The notes under the pieces were generated by a model. It searched no databases. It was given only the letters and a program-made list of their open reading frames with translations, and was not told the origin of the DNA. A program made the translations under genes and the position numbers. 64,000 bases of DNA from Octopus sinensis (taxonomy: Eukaryota), in assembly GCF_006345805.1 (NCBI RefSeq), contig NC_043002.1:92690001-92754000 (forward strand), read 5' to 3'. This document shows, in pieces, positions 36,561 to 48,472 of the stretch. The stretch's first letter is position 1. Every line of letters starts with the position of its first letter.

Positions 36561-37100
36561 ATTTCCGTTTACAAATAATTCCATTTATGCTATTATCCGG
36601 CGGGGGCGGGGAGTCACACATATAAATCAAAATCAGTATTTGTGCGTTTCTTTACTAGCTATATAGCGTAAATGTGTATGAAATGCCGGTGTGAACCAAC
36701 GCTGGATTTAACCATTTAAGCAAAACAAGCACGCTCTTAGTGAATCAGCTTTGGGGGTCTCCAAAGAAATGGTAGATGGTTTATAGCACAAAAGAAATCA
36801 CTTGAAACTTGCTAAAACAATATTCAAATATCGGAAATATAATTTCGAAGTGTCCATGATGTCATATTGAGGATCTAATCAAAAACTTTGCAATTAAAAA
36901 AAAAATTTTTTCAAATGTAAAAAAATTAATGGAAGTATATAAAAATAAACATTATTTTCCATTAGCTTAGTTTCATTCTAAAACATTAAAAAAATTATTT
37001 TATGGTTTATTATCGTTTGTTTACATTTTGGGGGCACCAAAATCTTTTAAGTTATAAGGGCCTCTATGGGTCTTAATCCGGCTCTGGTGTGAGCATATAT

Positions 37101-37515
37101 ATTTCTTTACTGCCCACAAGGGGCTAAACATAGAGGGGACAAACAAGGACAGACAAAGGGATTAAGTCGATTATATCGGCCCAGTGCGAAATTGGTACTT
37201 TATTTATCGACCCCGAAAGGGTGAAAGGCGAAGTCGACCTCGGCGGAATTTGAACTCAGAACGTAACAGCAGACGAAAAACCTATTTCTTTACTGCCCAC
37301 AAGGGGCTAAACACAGAGGGGACAAACAAGGATAGGCAAACGGATGAAATCGATTATATCGACCCCGGTGCGTAACTGGTACTTATTTAATCGACCCCGA
37401 AAGGATGAAAGGCAAAGTCGACCTCGGCGGAATTTGAACTCGGAACGTAAAGAGAGACGAAATACCGCTAAACATTTCGCCCGGCGCGCTAACATTTCCG
37501 CCAGCTCGTCGCCTT
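37101..37515 (-). mobile_element. SINE-A dimer (full copy plus 3' unit)
   Basis: Junction at 37281/37282; 19-bp TSD CTCTGGTGTGAGCATATAT around the whole dimer. Confidence 0.9.
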
Positions 37516-37882
37516 CCTCTGGTGTGAGCATATATTCATGTACATACAAATGTGTGTGTGTGTGTGGTGTGTGTGTGTGTGCTTGTTTGTTTTTGTGTTA
37601 ATGTCATACATAAAACCAGTCAAGCATTAGTTGAAGTATGGCACCATACATTTAAGATTTTGTTTGTGTATTCGGTTTACAAGTTTCTTACTCTGAATTC
37701 GTTTGTTGGAAGAGATTTTGATGTATGTATTTCAAGAGGATCACATCTATTTATTTTTTTCCAAGGAGAAGTTTGAGAGTAACTTCGAAGTTTTGGCTCG
37801 GTTGCCTTCGTTAGACTATGTATATTTATGTTTGAACGTTTGTGTTTTAATATGTATTTATATATTGTGCGTATCTCTTAAC

Positions 37883-38212
37883 TTTTACTTGTTTCAGCCA
37901 TTAGACTGCGGCCATCCTATGGCACCGCTTTGAAGGGTTTTTAGTTGAACGAATTGACCCCATTCCATTTTTTAAAGGTTGGTATTTATTCTATCGGTCC
38001 CTCTTGCCGAACCGCTAACTACAGGGACGTAAGCTCAACAACACCACCTGTCAAGCAGTGGTTGGAGACAAACACACATACACATTATATTTGTGTGTAT
38101 GTGTGTGTGTGTACGACGGACTTCTCTCAGTTTCCGTCTACCACTACCAAGTCGATATTCAAGGCTTTGGTCGGTCCGAGGCTATAGTAGAAGACGTTTG
38201 CCCAAGGTGCCA
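37883..38212 (-). mobile_element. Diverged SINE-B
   Basis: CTTGTTTCAGCCATTAGACTGCGGCC...GCCCAAGGTGCCAC. Confidence 0.7.
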
Positions 38213-38359
38213 CACGAATCAAGGGTCCTAATTTCCACGTATATTGTGACTTCTTGTGTCAATAAATAAATACTATAAGGCCCCCCTCCTCAGTACAATG
38301 ATTTTTTTCCCGGGGACCTGTAAAGCTGCTAAGACGGCTCAGCTTGATGGTCTATAACT

Positions 38360-38670
38360 CAGGGTTCTGAACCATTTTATTTTTTCTATGGACCCCTTTG
38401 ATTACTATTTTATTCTGGTGGACTCCCATTGCAATTTGATGTTTAAAAACTAGTTTTATACTTCGTTTAAAATTCTCGCATTAATTTGTGTAGGCTGATT
38501 TATGTAAAATGTTAGAGAAAGAAACCTAATTGTGTTTTTGCAATACATACAAATACGGCTAAAGTAAAAAATTTTCAGGGGGGGGCTTCAATTTATCAGT
38601 TTGTTGTGTGGATCCCCAAAATTTTATATGGACCTCCAGGGGCCATATGAACCCCGGTTGAGAATCACTG
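38360..38670. mobile_element. hAT-type MITE
   Basis: CAGGGTTCTGAACC ... GGTTGAGAATCACTG; homologous to the 9912 and 14686 copies. Confidence 0.75.
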
Positions 38671-38676
38671 GTCTCC

Positions 38677-39277
38677 GCGGCGTGTTGGCAGAAACGTTAG
38701 CACGCCGGGCGAAATGCGTAGCGGTATTCGTCTGCCGCTACGTTCTGAGTTCAAATTCCGCCGAGGTCGACTCTGCCTTTCATCCTTTCGGGCTCGATTA
38801 AATAAGTACTAGTTACGCACTGGGGTCGATATAATCGACTTAATCCGTTTATCTGTCCTTGTTTGTCCCCTCTGTGTCTAGCCCCTTGTGGGTAGTAAAG
38901 AAATAGGTATTCGTCTGCCGCTACGTTCTGAGCTCAAATTCCGCCGAGGTCGACTCTGCCTTTCATCCTTTCGGGGTCGATAAATTAAGTACCAGTTACG
39001 CACTGGGGTCGATGTAATCGACTTAATACCTATGTCTGTCCTTGTTTGTCCCCTCTGTGTTTAGCCCCTTGTGGGTAATAAAGAAATAGAAATAGGTATT
39101 CGTCTGCCGCTACGTTCTGAGTTCAAATTCCGCCGAGGTCGACTCTGCCTTTCATCCTTTCGGGGTCGATTAAATAAGTACCAGTTACGCACTGGGTCGA
39201 TATAATCGACTTAATCTGTTTGTCTGTCCTTGTTTGTCCCCTCTGCATGTAGCCCCTTGTGGGCAGTAAAGAAATAG
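38677..39277 (+). mobile_element. SINE-A trimer
   Basis: Junctions GAAATAG|GTATTCG at 38906/38907 and 39095/39096. Confidence 0.92.
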
Positions 39278-39541
39278 GTCTATATAAATGGTTTTGTTTA
39301 TTGTCGGTGTGTGTGTGTTCATTGTAGTATGTGTGCCCGGGCTCATATGACTATAATGTTGTATTCATTGTACGAGTGTGTGTGCGCGCGAGCGTGCTAT
39401 CTGACATACCAAATATTTCTACATTCTTCCTAGCCATCCACCCTTTCATTATCTGCTGCTGTTAACAAGCAACGTCCGTTTGCTTTCAAAGCTCTTAGTG
39501 TTCGTGGCTGAGGTCAAACACCCTTCCGCTATTCGTCATAA

Positions 39542-39644
<103 letters not shown>

Positions 39645-40120
39645 ACGCGCGCTTATATACACATCTAGTTATCTCCATCCACGTCTTATCGCTCTCTCCT
39701 TTCTGTCTCATCCCTTTAATCTTGTCTTTTTCATCTCACACCACCACCACGACACACACAGTGTCAGAAACGGATTCTTTTTCTCACCTCATCCGAAACA
39801 GTCTTGGCTTATTCTAAAATAATCAGTATTTTTTAATGTTAAACCAAATAAACTTCCCAATTGGTCACGACCACCGCAGAATAAGTCAGCAGCGAAGAAG
39901 ATACTACGCAGTTTTTGCGACATCAACTTGTGCTCTTGTCTTAAAAATGGAAAAGGTTACATTTGATAACATCGACATACATAGACCGTAACTGAAAATG
40001 AAAGTTAATATAAGACCCTCTGTTATACACGAGTGTGTGGTTGTGGTGGTGTTGTTGACACCAAGTTTTTATCATGAAGCTCTTCACAAGCACTTAGACT
40101 CTGAGCATATTGTTTGATGT

Positions 40121-40526
40121 ATACTCTTTACTCTTTTTACTCTTTTTACTTGTTTCAGTCATTTGACTGCGGCCATGCTGGAGCACCGCCTTTAGTCGAG
40201 CAAATCGACCCCGGGACTTATTCTTTGTAAGCCCAGTACTTATTCTATCTGTCTTTTGCCGAACCGCTAAGTGACGGGGAAGTAAACACACCAGCATCGG
40301 TTGTCAAGCAATGCTAGGGGAACAAACACAGACACACACACTTATATATATATACATATATACGACAGGCTTCTTTCAGTTTCCGTCTACCAAATCCACT
40401 CACAAGGCATTGGTCGGCCCGGGGCTATAGCAGAAGACACGTGCCCAAGATGCCACGCAGTGGGACTGAACCCGGAACCATGTGGTTGGTTAGCAAGCTA
40501 CTTACCAAACAGCCACTCCTGCGCCT
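40121..40526 (-). mobile_element. SINE-B, full length
   Basis: (CTCTTTTTA)n tail to CCACTCCTGCGCCT head. Confidence 0.9.
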
Positions 40527-41526
40527 ATGTACACACATAGACGCAGGTGTAGCTGTATAGCAAGAAACTTGCTTCCCAACTACATGGCTCCAGGTTCCGT
40601 CCCACTTGCGTGCCGTCTTGAGCTAGCGCCGTGCAGTCAACTATAAAACCAGGGGCGCAACGTAGGTTGAGATGATCAGAAACCAACTACACACTACAGA
40701 CTTCTTTTTTTTTTTTTACGAGTTTACCTTACGCTAGAAGGAATTTCTAATGTGAACTAGGGGCTCCTTCACACCTAATGGTTCACATGCTAATTAACTC
40801 ACAGTTGGGTCCCTGAAGGTGCTACAACTCCGGATCAGTGTAGATTTGAAGAGTGGCGAAGAGATGGTTCCACACTCCTCAAAGCCCTGTACGAGGGCCC
40901 AACTATCAGATGCAGTTTAAAGTCGTACCCAGGACATACATAGTACATATTACTGAAGGAAAATGGGGGGAAATATGTCCGTCTCGGCCGTATTTCTCTC
41001 TGTATTGAATTCTTGGAAGTGCCGACTTCAGTGAATTACTTCCCACTCTTGACTACCGTCGGGGAAAATTATTTGTAATTTCACATTTTTTTAACTGGAA
41101 TTTTTTGTCTATTCTTCGTATTTATTTGCAAACATTCCCAGAAACCTAGAAGGAAATGTAACTTGCTGTCTGATTTGAAATGAATCGAGAACTTTATCAA
41201 GTTTTCTTAATATTTTAATTTTTATCTCTTTTCTTTATACAAGTGTTCATATCTATTTTTTTTTTTTTTTTACAAACTCATCAAATACTATAACGAGGAA
41301 CTTTACTCCGATGAGAGAAACGAAACGACGAAACAGAATTGTCTATGCGAATTGTGAATTATTATTAAATCCTAATATTAAATTAAAACTTAGATTGCTT
41401 AAAATAAATTCCGGAAAAGGAATTCCTACGAAAATCGTAATTATTTACGAAGAAGGGAACAGAATAGAATTACCAATGCATACAGAACAGCCAATAGAAA
41501 ATGAGTGTGGGTGTCTAAGTGTGTCA

Positions 41527-41571
<45 letters not shown>

Positions 41572-41812
41572 TTGGGTTCGGAGAGATTCAAAGTCCAGGA
41601 ATTGAACTTTCTGGCAGCGAACCAATATACAACCCCCAGCCATTGTGTCAAACAGTACTTGATAAATATGAATTTCTAATATTCTTTGATGAGAAACGTA
41701 ACGGTACGTATAAATGAATAGCTCGCTCATACATATCATATATTCCTCCTACTGTAAAAGTTTGTTGTTCAGGTTTGTAGCATCCATGTCCTATATATAT
41801 ATATTTTTTTTT

Positions 41813-42018
41813 GTACTTGTTTCAGTCATTTGACTGCGGCCATGCTGGAGCACCGCCTTTAGAGTGGTGAAAGAGTACAGCAGGGATCACCACCTCCTGC
41901 CGGAGCCTCGTGGAGCTTTTAGGTGTTTTCGCTCAATAAACACACACAACGCCCGGTCTGGGAATCGAAACCGCGATCCTCCGACCGCAAGTCCGCTGCC
42001 CTAACCACTAGGCCATTG
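41813..42018 (-). mobile_element. Chimeric SINE: D-type head joined to SINE-B 3' tail
   Basis: 41813-41860 is the B tail (TTGTTTCAGTCATTTGACTGCGGCCATGCTGGAGCACCGCCTTT); 41862-42018 is D body and head. Confidence 0.8.
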
Positions 42019-42324
42019 TATATGTATACTTATCATCTCGTTTTTTGTTGGGGGTTTTATTCTTTCTTTTCTGTTTTTTTTTTTTTTCGTTTCTCCGCAA
42101 ATTGTACTCTATAAAACTCGCACTATATTTAACGTCTCTTGGTAATATCTCCTTCAGCAGACACCCCTGTGCCAAATAAAAAAAACAAATCATTATTTTC
42201 GTTTTCCCTTTCATTATGTGTGAACCCTACACTTTATATGTCTGTCTTTGTATATTGTCTCTTTCAGCCTTCGCCCTCGTGACAAATAAAAGAAATCGTC
42301 GTCAGATGTCGTCATAGGCATCGT

Positions 42325-42520
42325 CGAGCTGGCATGTCGGGCAAAATACTTAACTGCTTTTCGTTTGTCTTTAATGTTCTGAATTCAAATTCCGCCGAGT
42401 TCGACTTTGCCTTTAATCCTTTCGGAGTCGATAAAATAAGTATCAAATTGATTACCTGGATCTCGATACTCGAGATACCATCTCCCTCTCCAAATTTAAG
42501 GCCTTGTGCCTATTGTAGAA
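42325..42520 (+). mobile_element. Diverged SINE-A
   Basis: TTCAAATTCCGCCGAGTTCGACTTTGCCTTTAATCCTTTCGGAGTCGATAAAATAAGTA. Confidence 0.7.
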
Positions 42521-42553
42521 TATTATTATTATTATTTTTATTATTATTATTAT

Positions 42554-42752
42554 TGAGTGAGATTGCAGTTCATGCCATCAAAGTGACACTGGGGTAAAAT
42601 ATACGAAGCCCAATATACCCATCATGGCTACCCGTCTGATAAGGGTATACTAGGCACATACATCACAACCATATGTGCGCGACATGGTGATCTCATATCA
42701 AGATAAACAGCACATGACCTTGCAGGTGGGGCCCAGTTAGAAATTTCTTCAT
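42554..42752 (-). mobile_element. Probable 3' fragment of a non-LTR element embedded in (TTA)n
   Basis: ~200 bp complex sequence with (TTA)n runs on both sides; element class is inferred. Confidence 0.35.
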
Positions 42753-43265
42753 GTATTATTATTATTATTATTATTATTCGCATTCGCAGAATCGTTAGAG
42801 CGCTGGAATGAATATTATGCACTATTTCTTTTGACCTTTATTTACATTCTATAGTCAAATCTCGCTGAGGTTAATTTTACCTTTTAACCCTTCGCCGTCC
42901 TACTTCCGGTCAATCAACGGCAAGCTTCTCGATCAAATACTCCACTCGACTTTATTTTCGTCTCGATTACACTATTAATTTTTTTTTCTTTCTTTTTTCC
43001 TAGGTTTTCCTCGCTTTAATTCATCTCTTTGAGCGTCCATCCCCTCTTGTTCTATGATATATTTTGTTGTTTGCTCTTCACCGCATTTGTGTGTGTGTGC
43101 GTGTGTGTGTACGTGTGCGTTTGTACGTATGTGTGTAAATATATGAGAGAGAAAGACACAGACGGATTGACAAATTGATATTCATAAATTTTGATTTTAC
43201 GAGTTGATGAACATGTAGTCTTCTAAAGAATATTCAGTAATCTTATAGTTTATTGTAAAATTGTT

Positions 43266-43327
<62 letters not shown>

Positions 43328-43330
43328 ATA

Positions 43331-43757
43331 TAAAATACCGCTGGGGACGATCAAGAATCTACCCGACATGTACTATGCTTGATACAATACCCATTCCTTA
43401 CCATCTACTGGTGGTGAGCTATCGTTTTTACACATACACATACAAAATGGGACAAGAACGCAAAACATCCAGACAGTTAGGTGATACAAAAATGGGACAA
43501 CAAAACATCTATATAGACGATACAAAGAAAACAAGGACGGGTCATTCGAAGTTCTAACCGGATGTTTTGCGTTCTTGTCCCATTTTGTGTGTGTGTATAT
43601 ATATATATATATATAATATGAGTGTGTGTGTGTAATTTTACATGAAAGCAAGCAATAGTAAATATGCATGTATGTGCGTATGTAAGCTCATATGTATATT
43701 CATATACTTGTATGTATATACATTGTTTATAATTCTCATAACGATCTTCCTATGATA

Positions 43758-43801
<44 letters not shown>

Positions 43802-44093
43802 GCGCGCACTTATATACGTTTGTATGTATGTATCGACGAGATGGTCACAGCTGACACGCTGGTCAAACGATAACAAATTCCACACACCTAAGCAAAACAA
43901 CCCCCAAAATATTGTTAGTACAGGTGTTGAAATATGGTACCTTGAAATGAAAACAGTGAATATTTTGTTGGTGCCGGGTGTTTGCCACTGTGTAAAAACG
44001 ATAGCTCACCACCAGTAAGATGGTAAGGAAGGGGTATTGTATCAAGCATAGTACATGTCGGGTAGATTCTTGATCGTCCCCGGCGGTATTTTA
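43331..44093. repeat. ~104 bp inverted repeat pair (43331-43434 and 43989-44093) enclosing a second hairpin
   Basis: AAAATACCGCTGGGGACGATCAAGAATCTACCCGACATG... and its reverse complement; inner 29-bp perfect arms 43442-43470 / 43560-43588. Confidence 0.9.
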
Positions 44094-44647
44094 AAACCAA
44101 GAACACATAGATGAAACAGAATACATTTCAGCTATGTTTATTTAGCTCAGCACTTTACTATCACTACTCCGGCGCCACCCTGCTGTGATGCTGGGTAGTG
44201 GTATATTAGTGATAACAGAATAAGATATTTCTGCTTTACTATATACGTACGTATATACATACATACATACATACATACGTGTGTACGTACATAGGTGTTT
44301 GCGTTATGTACATACATGCATATGTGCATACGTACAAACAAAAATATGTACGTACGTGCATACCGATGTGTGCGCGCGCGCGGGCGAAGGAGGAGGAGTA
44401 GGCGAGAGAGAGCGAGGAGATGAATGAGAGGATGTGATGAATATAGGTGCATATAACCTTATTTTGTATAGCCTTTCTCCACCACCACCACCACCACCTC
44501 CACATTTTCATGTATGTATATAAAATCTGTTGAATCATCAGAAGCGTTAAATTACAGGACCTTAATATGAATGTGAAGTATTCTTTAATACATTATAACT
44601 AAAAGGCTCCAATTTCCAGTACTCAGTTATATATATTTTTGTGTGTT

Positions 44648-44777
44648 ATTCTTATGCAAGGATGTTGTTGATAGTGACTCCGAAGTTTCGGCCAGCTAAG
44701 CCATCGTCGGGCTGTCAACGATGGCTTAGCGAGCCGAAACTTCGGAGTCACTGTCAACAAAATTCTTGTATAGGAAC
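44648..44777. repeat. Head-to-head palindrome, probable Penelope-like pLTR remnant
   Basis: TTGTTGATAGTGACTCCGAAGTTTCGGC..GCTAAGCCATCGT / ACGATGGCTTAGC..GCCGAAACTTCGGAGTCACTGTCAACAA. Confidence 0.85.
44669..44717 (-). ncRNA. Degenerate minimal type I hammerhead ribozyme-like motif
   Basis: rc: TGACAG-C-CCGACGA-TGGC-TTAGCTG-GCC-GAAA-CT-TCGG-AG-TC-A-CTATCA; core CUGANGA has U>C and stem I has one mismatch. Confidence 0.45.
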
Positions 44778-44906
44778 AATAAATCTGTACTCCACAAAAG
44801 TATAGAGTAACCCATCAGATTAATGTCAAATTGTTTTTATTATAACACACGCATCACTCTCCACTACATGAAAGTTTTTAGGTAAAGGGTTACACACACG
44901 TGTGTG

Positions 44907-44935
<29 letters not shown>

Positions 44936-44938
<3 letters not shown>

Positions 44939-45309
44939 GGAGTGCCTGTGTGGTAAGTACCTTGCTTACCAACCACATGGTTCCGGGTTCAGTCCCACTG
45001 CGTGGCACCTTGGACAAGTGTCTTCTATTATAGCCTCGGACCGACCAAAACCTTGTGAGTGGATTTGGTAGACGGAAACTGAAAGAAGCCTGTCGTGAAT
45101 ATATATATATGTTTGTGTCTCTGTTTGTCCCATCACCATCGCTTGACAACCGATGCTGGTGTGTACGTCCCCGTAACTTAGCGGTTCGGCGAAAAAGACA
45201 GATAGAATAAGTACTAGGCTTACAAAGAATAAGTCCCGAGGTCGATTTGCTCGTCTAAAAGGCGGTGCTCCAGCATGGCCACAGTCAAATGACTGAAACA
45301 AGTAAAAGA

Positions 45310-45310
<1 letters not shown>
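44936..45310 (+). mobile_element. SINE-B, full length
   Basis: GTAGGAGTGCCTGTGTGGTAAG head to GACTGAAACAAGTAAAAGAG tail. Confidence 0.9.
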
Positions 45311-45350
<40 letters not shown>

Positions 45351-45781
45351 CCTGGGTGTACGGTGAGGTGTATGACTGTTCCTTGTGATTAGAGTTACAC
45401 GTGAAGTATCGTAATCCAGTCCACTTTTAGTGAAGTGGTGTGATTATAACCGTTCTTAGCAGTATTACACCGGTTGTGATATGCTGAGTAAATATATCGG
45501 AGAATTTATTTGATCTGTGTAAACATGTTATATGAAGTGATCCTCTGAAGAACTCTTGTTTATCAGCAGCATCCAATTGTACCACGAACATTCAGTACAG
45601 GCGATGCAAGTAAACCACACTGGAGATAAACGTACGTGCGGAACAAATGGTAATAAATATGTATCTTGTGTTTATCATATACAATTTTCCTGTGTGTGTG
45701 TGTGGGGGGGGGTGCGCGTGCGTGTGTATATATAGGTAAATGTGTGTGTGTGTGTGTGTGAGTATATAAGTAGATAGGTAG

Positions 45782-46105
45782 TGAGGGCGCGTGGCTTAGT
45801 GGTTAGGGCATTCGGCTCATGATCGTAAGGTTGTGAGTTCGATTCCCGGCGACGCGTTGTGTCCTTGAGCAAGACACTTTATTTCACGTTGCTCCAGTCC
45901 ACTCAGCTGGCAAAAATGAGTTGTACTTGTATTTCAAAGGGTCAGCCTTGTCACTCTCTGTGTCACGCTGATTATCCCCGAGAACTACGTTAAGGGTACA
46001 CGTGTCTGTGGAATGCTCAGCCATTTGCACGTTAATTTCACGAGCAAGCTGTTCTGTTGATCTGGGACCCTCGGCGTCGTAACCGGCGGAGTCTTTAAAA
46101 AAAAA
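45782..46105 (+). mobile_element. SINE-C, full length
   Basis: A box TGGCTTAGTGG, B box GAGTTCGATTC, GTCCTTGAGCAAGACAC core, A-rich end; TSD TAGATAGGT. Confidence 0.9.
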
Positions 46106-46169
46106 TAGATAGGTGTATACATAAACAGACAAAAGCACACACACGTACATCACGTGTGTGTGCGTGTTA

Positions 46170-46355
46170 TTCTTTTATTCTTTTGTCATTTGACTGCGGC
46201 CATGCTGGAGCACCACCTTTAGTCGAACAAATCGATCCCACTACTTATTCGTTGTAAGTCTAGTACTAATTCTATCGGGCTCCTTTTGCCGAACCGGTAA
46301 GTAACGGGGACGTAAACACACCAACATCGGTTGTCAAGCGATGGTGGAGGGACTA

Positions 46356-46386
<31 letters not shown>

Positions 46387-46512
46387 GACGGGTTTCTTTG
46401 TCTACCAAATCCACTCGCAAAGGCTTTGGTCGGCCCGTGGCTGCTATAGCAGAAGACACTTGCCCAAGGTGCCACGTAGTGCGACTGAATCCGGAACCAT
46501 GTTGGGAAGCAC
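46170..46512 (-). mobile_element. SINE-B
   Basis: GTCATTTGACTGCGGCCATGCTGGAGCACC...GCCCAAGGTGCCAC...CCGGAACCATG. Confidence 0.8.
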
Positions 46513-46802
46513 GGCATGTTGGTAGATAGATGGCTAAAGTGATAGACATGGCTCTCTGTGTGTTTGCGTGGGAGCGAGGGAGAAGCGGTTAGGTGCATCT
46601 CCGAGGAGCATTATTTCACAGTGGACTTTCCTGAGGAACCAGTACAGGGATCACTACTGTTAGTGGTGGCTCCCCCAGAGAGCGCTCAGCCATACAGACA
46701 CACTCTTACCATCTAGGCTAACGCTACAAGAGCAGCACCGACACTCAAGGACCCTGATAATAACGCAAAACTGCAGAGAGATTTGATTGTAATATACCTA
46801 GC

Positions 46803-47070
46803 ATTCCGTCGAATACGACGACGAGTGTTCCAGTTGATCCGATCGACGGAATAGCCTGCTCTTGAAATTAACGTGCAAGTGGCTGAGCACTCCACAGACA
46901 CGCGTACCCTTAACGCAGTTGTCAGAGAGATTCAGTGTGACACAGAGTGTGAGGAGGTTGCTCGTTTGAATTACGGACACAACTCATTTTCGCCAGCTGA
47001 CTGGACTGGACTGGAGCCACGTGAAATGAAATGCCTCGCTCAGAGACAAAACAGGCGACTGGGAATCGAA
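46803..47070 (-). mobile_element. SINE-C, diverged
   Basis: AAATTAACGTGCAAGTGGCTGAGCACTCCACAGACACG...GACTGGAGCCACGTGAAATG. Confidence 0.75.
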
Positions 47071-47182
47071 TAACCTCACCGTGGACCGAATAACCTCACC
47101 ACTTTGTCATCTTGTTTTGCTTATTACTTGATAGACAGACAGGTAGATATGGCATCTATTATGTATAGACAATGAGAGACAA

Positions 47183-47390
47183 AACACCTGAATGCAGTAT
47201 GTAAATGGGCTGAAGAAAATAACATTTAGTTAGCTCAATGCTGGAGAATTTCAAACGCTCCTCTATCAGCCCACAGCAGATTGTTATCTGAATACTCGGC
47301 TCGGAGTAACAATCAGTGCAAATCCACATGAGTAATGATATAGCATTCTATGTATATATTACTAAGATGGCAACAAAAATGCAGATGAAT
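47183..47390 (+). pseudogene. Degenerate LINE reverse transcriptase fragment (CR1/L2-like)
   Basis: Manual translation LNAVCKWAEENN..LNAGEFQ resembles the W..N.M.FN..K region; frameshifts and stops present. Confidence 0.45.
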
Positions 47391-47781
47391 GTGTGTGTAA
47401 TATTATGGTTATGTGTAGCGCTTTATACTAAAGCTACACTACCCACCCGCTGAAACTAGTCGCCGCTGCATGGAACCGAAGGTCCACCTACTCCATCTAG
47501 ATTAAAAACCTATACCTGTAACTGCTTTAGGGCTCAAGTGCCCATCGATTTTCAAAAAATCTGAAAAGCCTATGAGGCGTTGATGTCAATGTATTCAAAA
47601 GCATCAGATAATTGACGGATCCCTATAACGGCAAGAAATGCATGTGAAAGTGGCGTTGTTCAACTCTCTTATACAAATGGAATGAAATAAACTATTGTTC
47701 ACACGAATAACAGTGCTCCAGTATGACTAGAGCCTCTGGCTAAAACAGCTGAAAATGCGCATGCACTCGCGTATGATTTTT

Positions 47782-47824
<43 letters not shown>

Positions 47825-47859
47825 AGGCGCGTGGCTTAGTGGTTAGGGTGTTAAACTCA

Positions 47860-48045
47860 TGATGGTAAATTTTTTTTAAATCGTAGACTCATCGTAGACG
47901 CGCGCTAATACCCAGAAGGGCTCGATATGAATCACGACTATAAGATACCCGGTTTTGGTTAAACTGCACCGCAAAATGTGGGAGTAGTTAGGAATCTAAA
48001 TCGTAGGAGACAGACAGCACACAACCTCACTTTTTTATATAAAGA
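47860..48045 (-). mobile_element. Partial tandem copy (5' part) of the adjacent Helitron
   Basis: Near-identical to 48162-48349; fused at TGATGG to a SINE-C head at 47822-47866. Confidence 0.8.
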
Positions 48046-48047
48046 TA

Positions 48048-48349
48048 CTAGCAGTATCGCCCGGCGTTGCTCGGGTTTGTAAGGGAAATAACTATATAAG
48101 CATTTTTAGAGAGTTACTTCCCTTATATAATAGCAAAAAATGCATTATAAATGGGAAAAATTGATGGAAATTCTTTTTTAAAATCGTAGACTCATCGTAG
48201 ACGCGCGCTAATACCCAGAAGGGCTCGATATGAATCACGACTATAAGATACCCGGTTTTGGTTAAACTGCACCGCAAAATGTGGGAGTAGTTAGGAATCT
48301 AAATCGTAGGAGACAGACACTCACACAACTTCAGTTTTATATATAAAGA
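48048..48349 (-). mobile_element. Non-autonomous Helitron
   Basis: rc begins A|TCTTTATATATAAAA and ends with hairpin CCCGAGCAACGCCGGG, a short spacer and CTAG|T; no TSD. Confidence 0.85.
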
Positions 48350-48472
48350 TATATATATATATATATATTATATCAATATAGGGTAGGAAAAAAATTATAG
48401 AGATTTTTTCTACCAGTGGTCTAGTATGTATACAAAGTCAATAGACATATTTTTCATAAAAAATTAGTGTAA

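Noticed and set aside
45785-45856. tRNA-like sequence with a CAT anticodon-like loop
   Set aside because: Poor acceptor and T stems; continues directly into the SINE-C body with a TSD, so it is a SINE head
46590-46716. GC-richer stretch with a short open frame (ISEEHYFTVDFPEEPVQG...)
   Set aside because: Short, ends in a stop, and shows no splice or domain evidence
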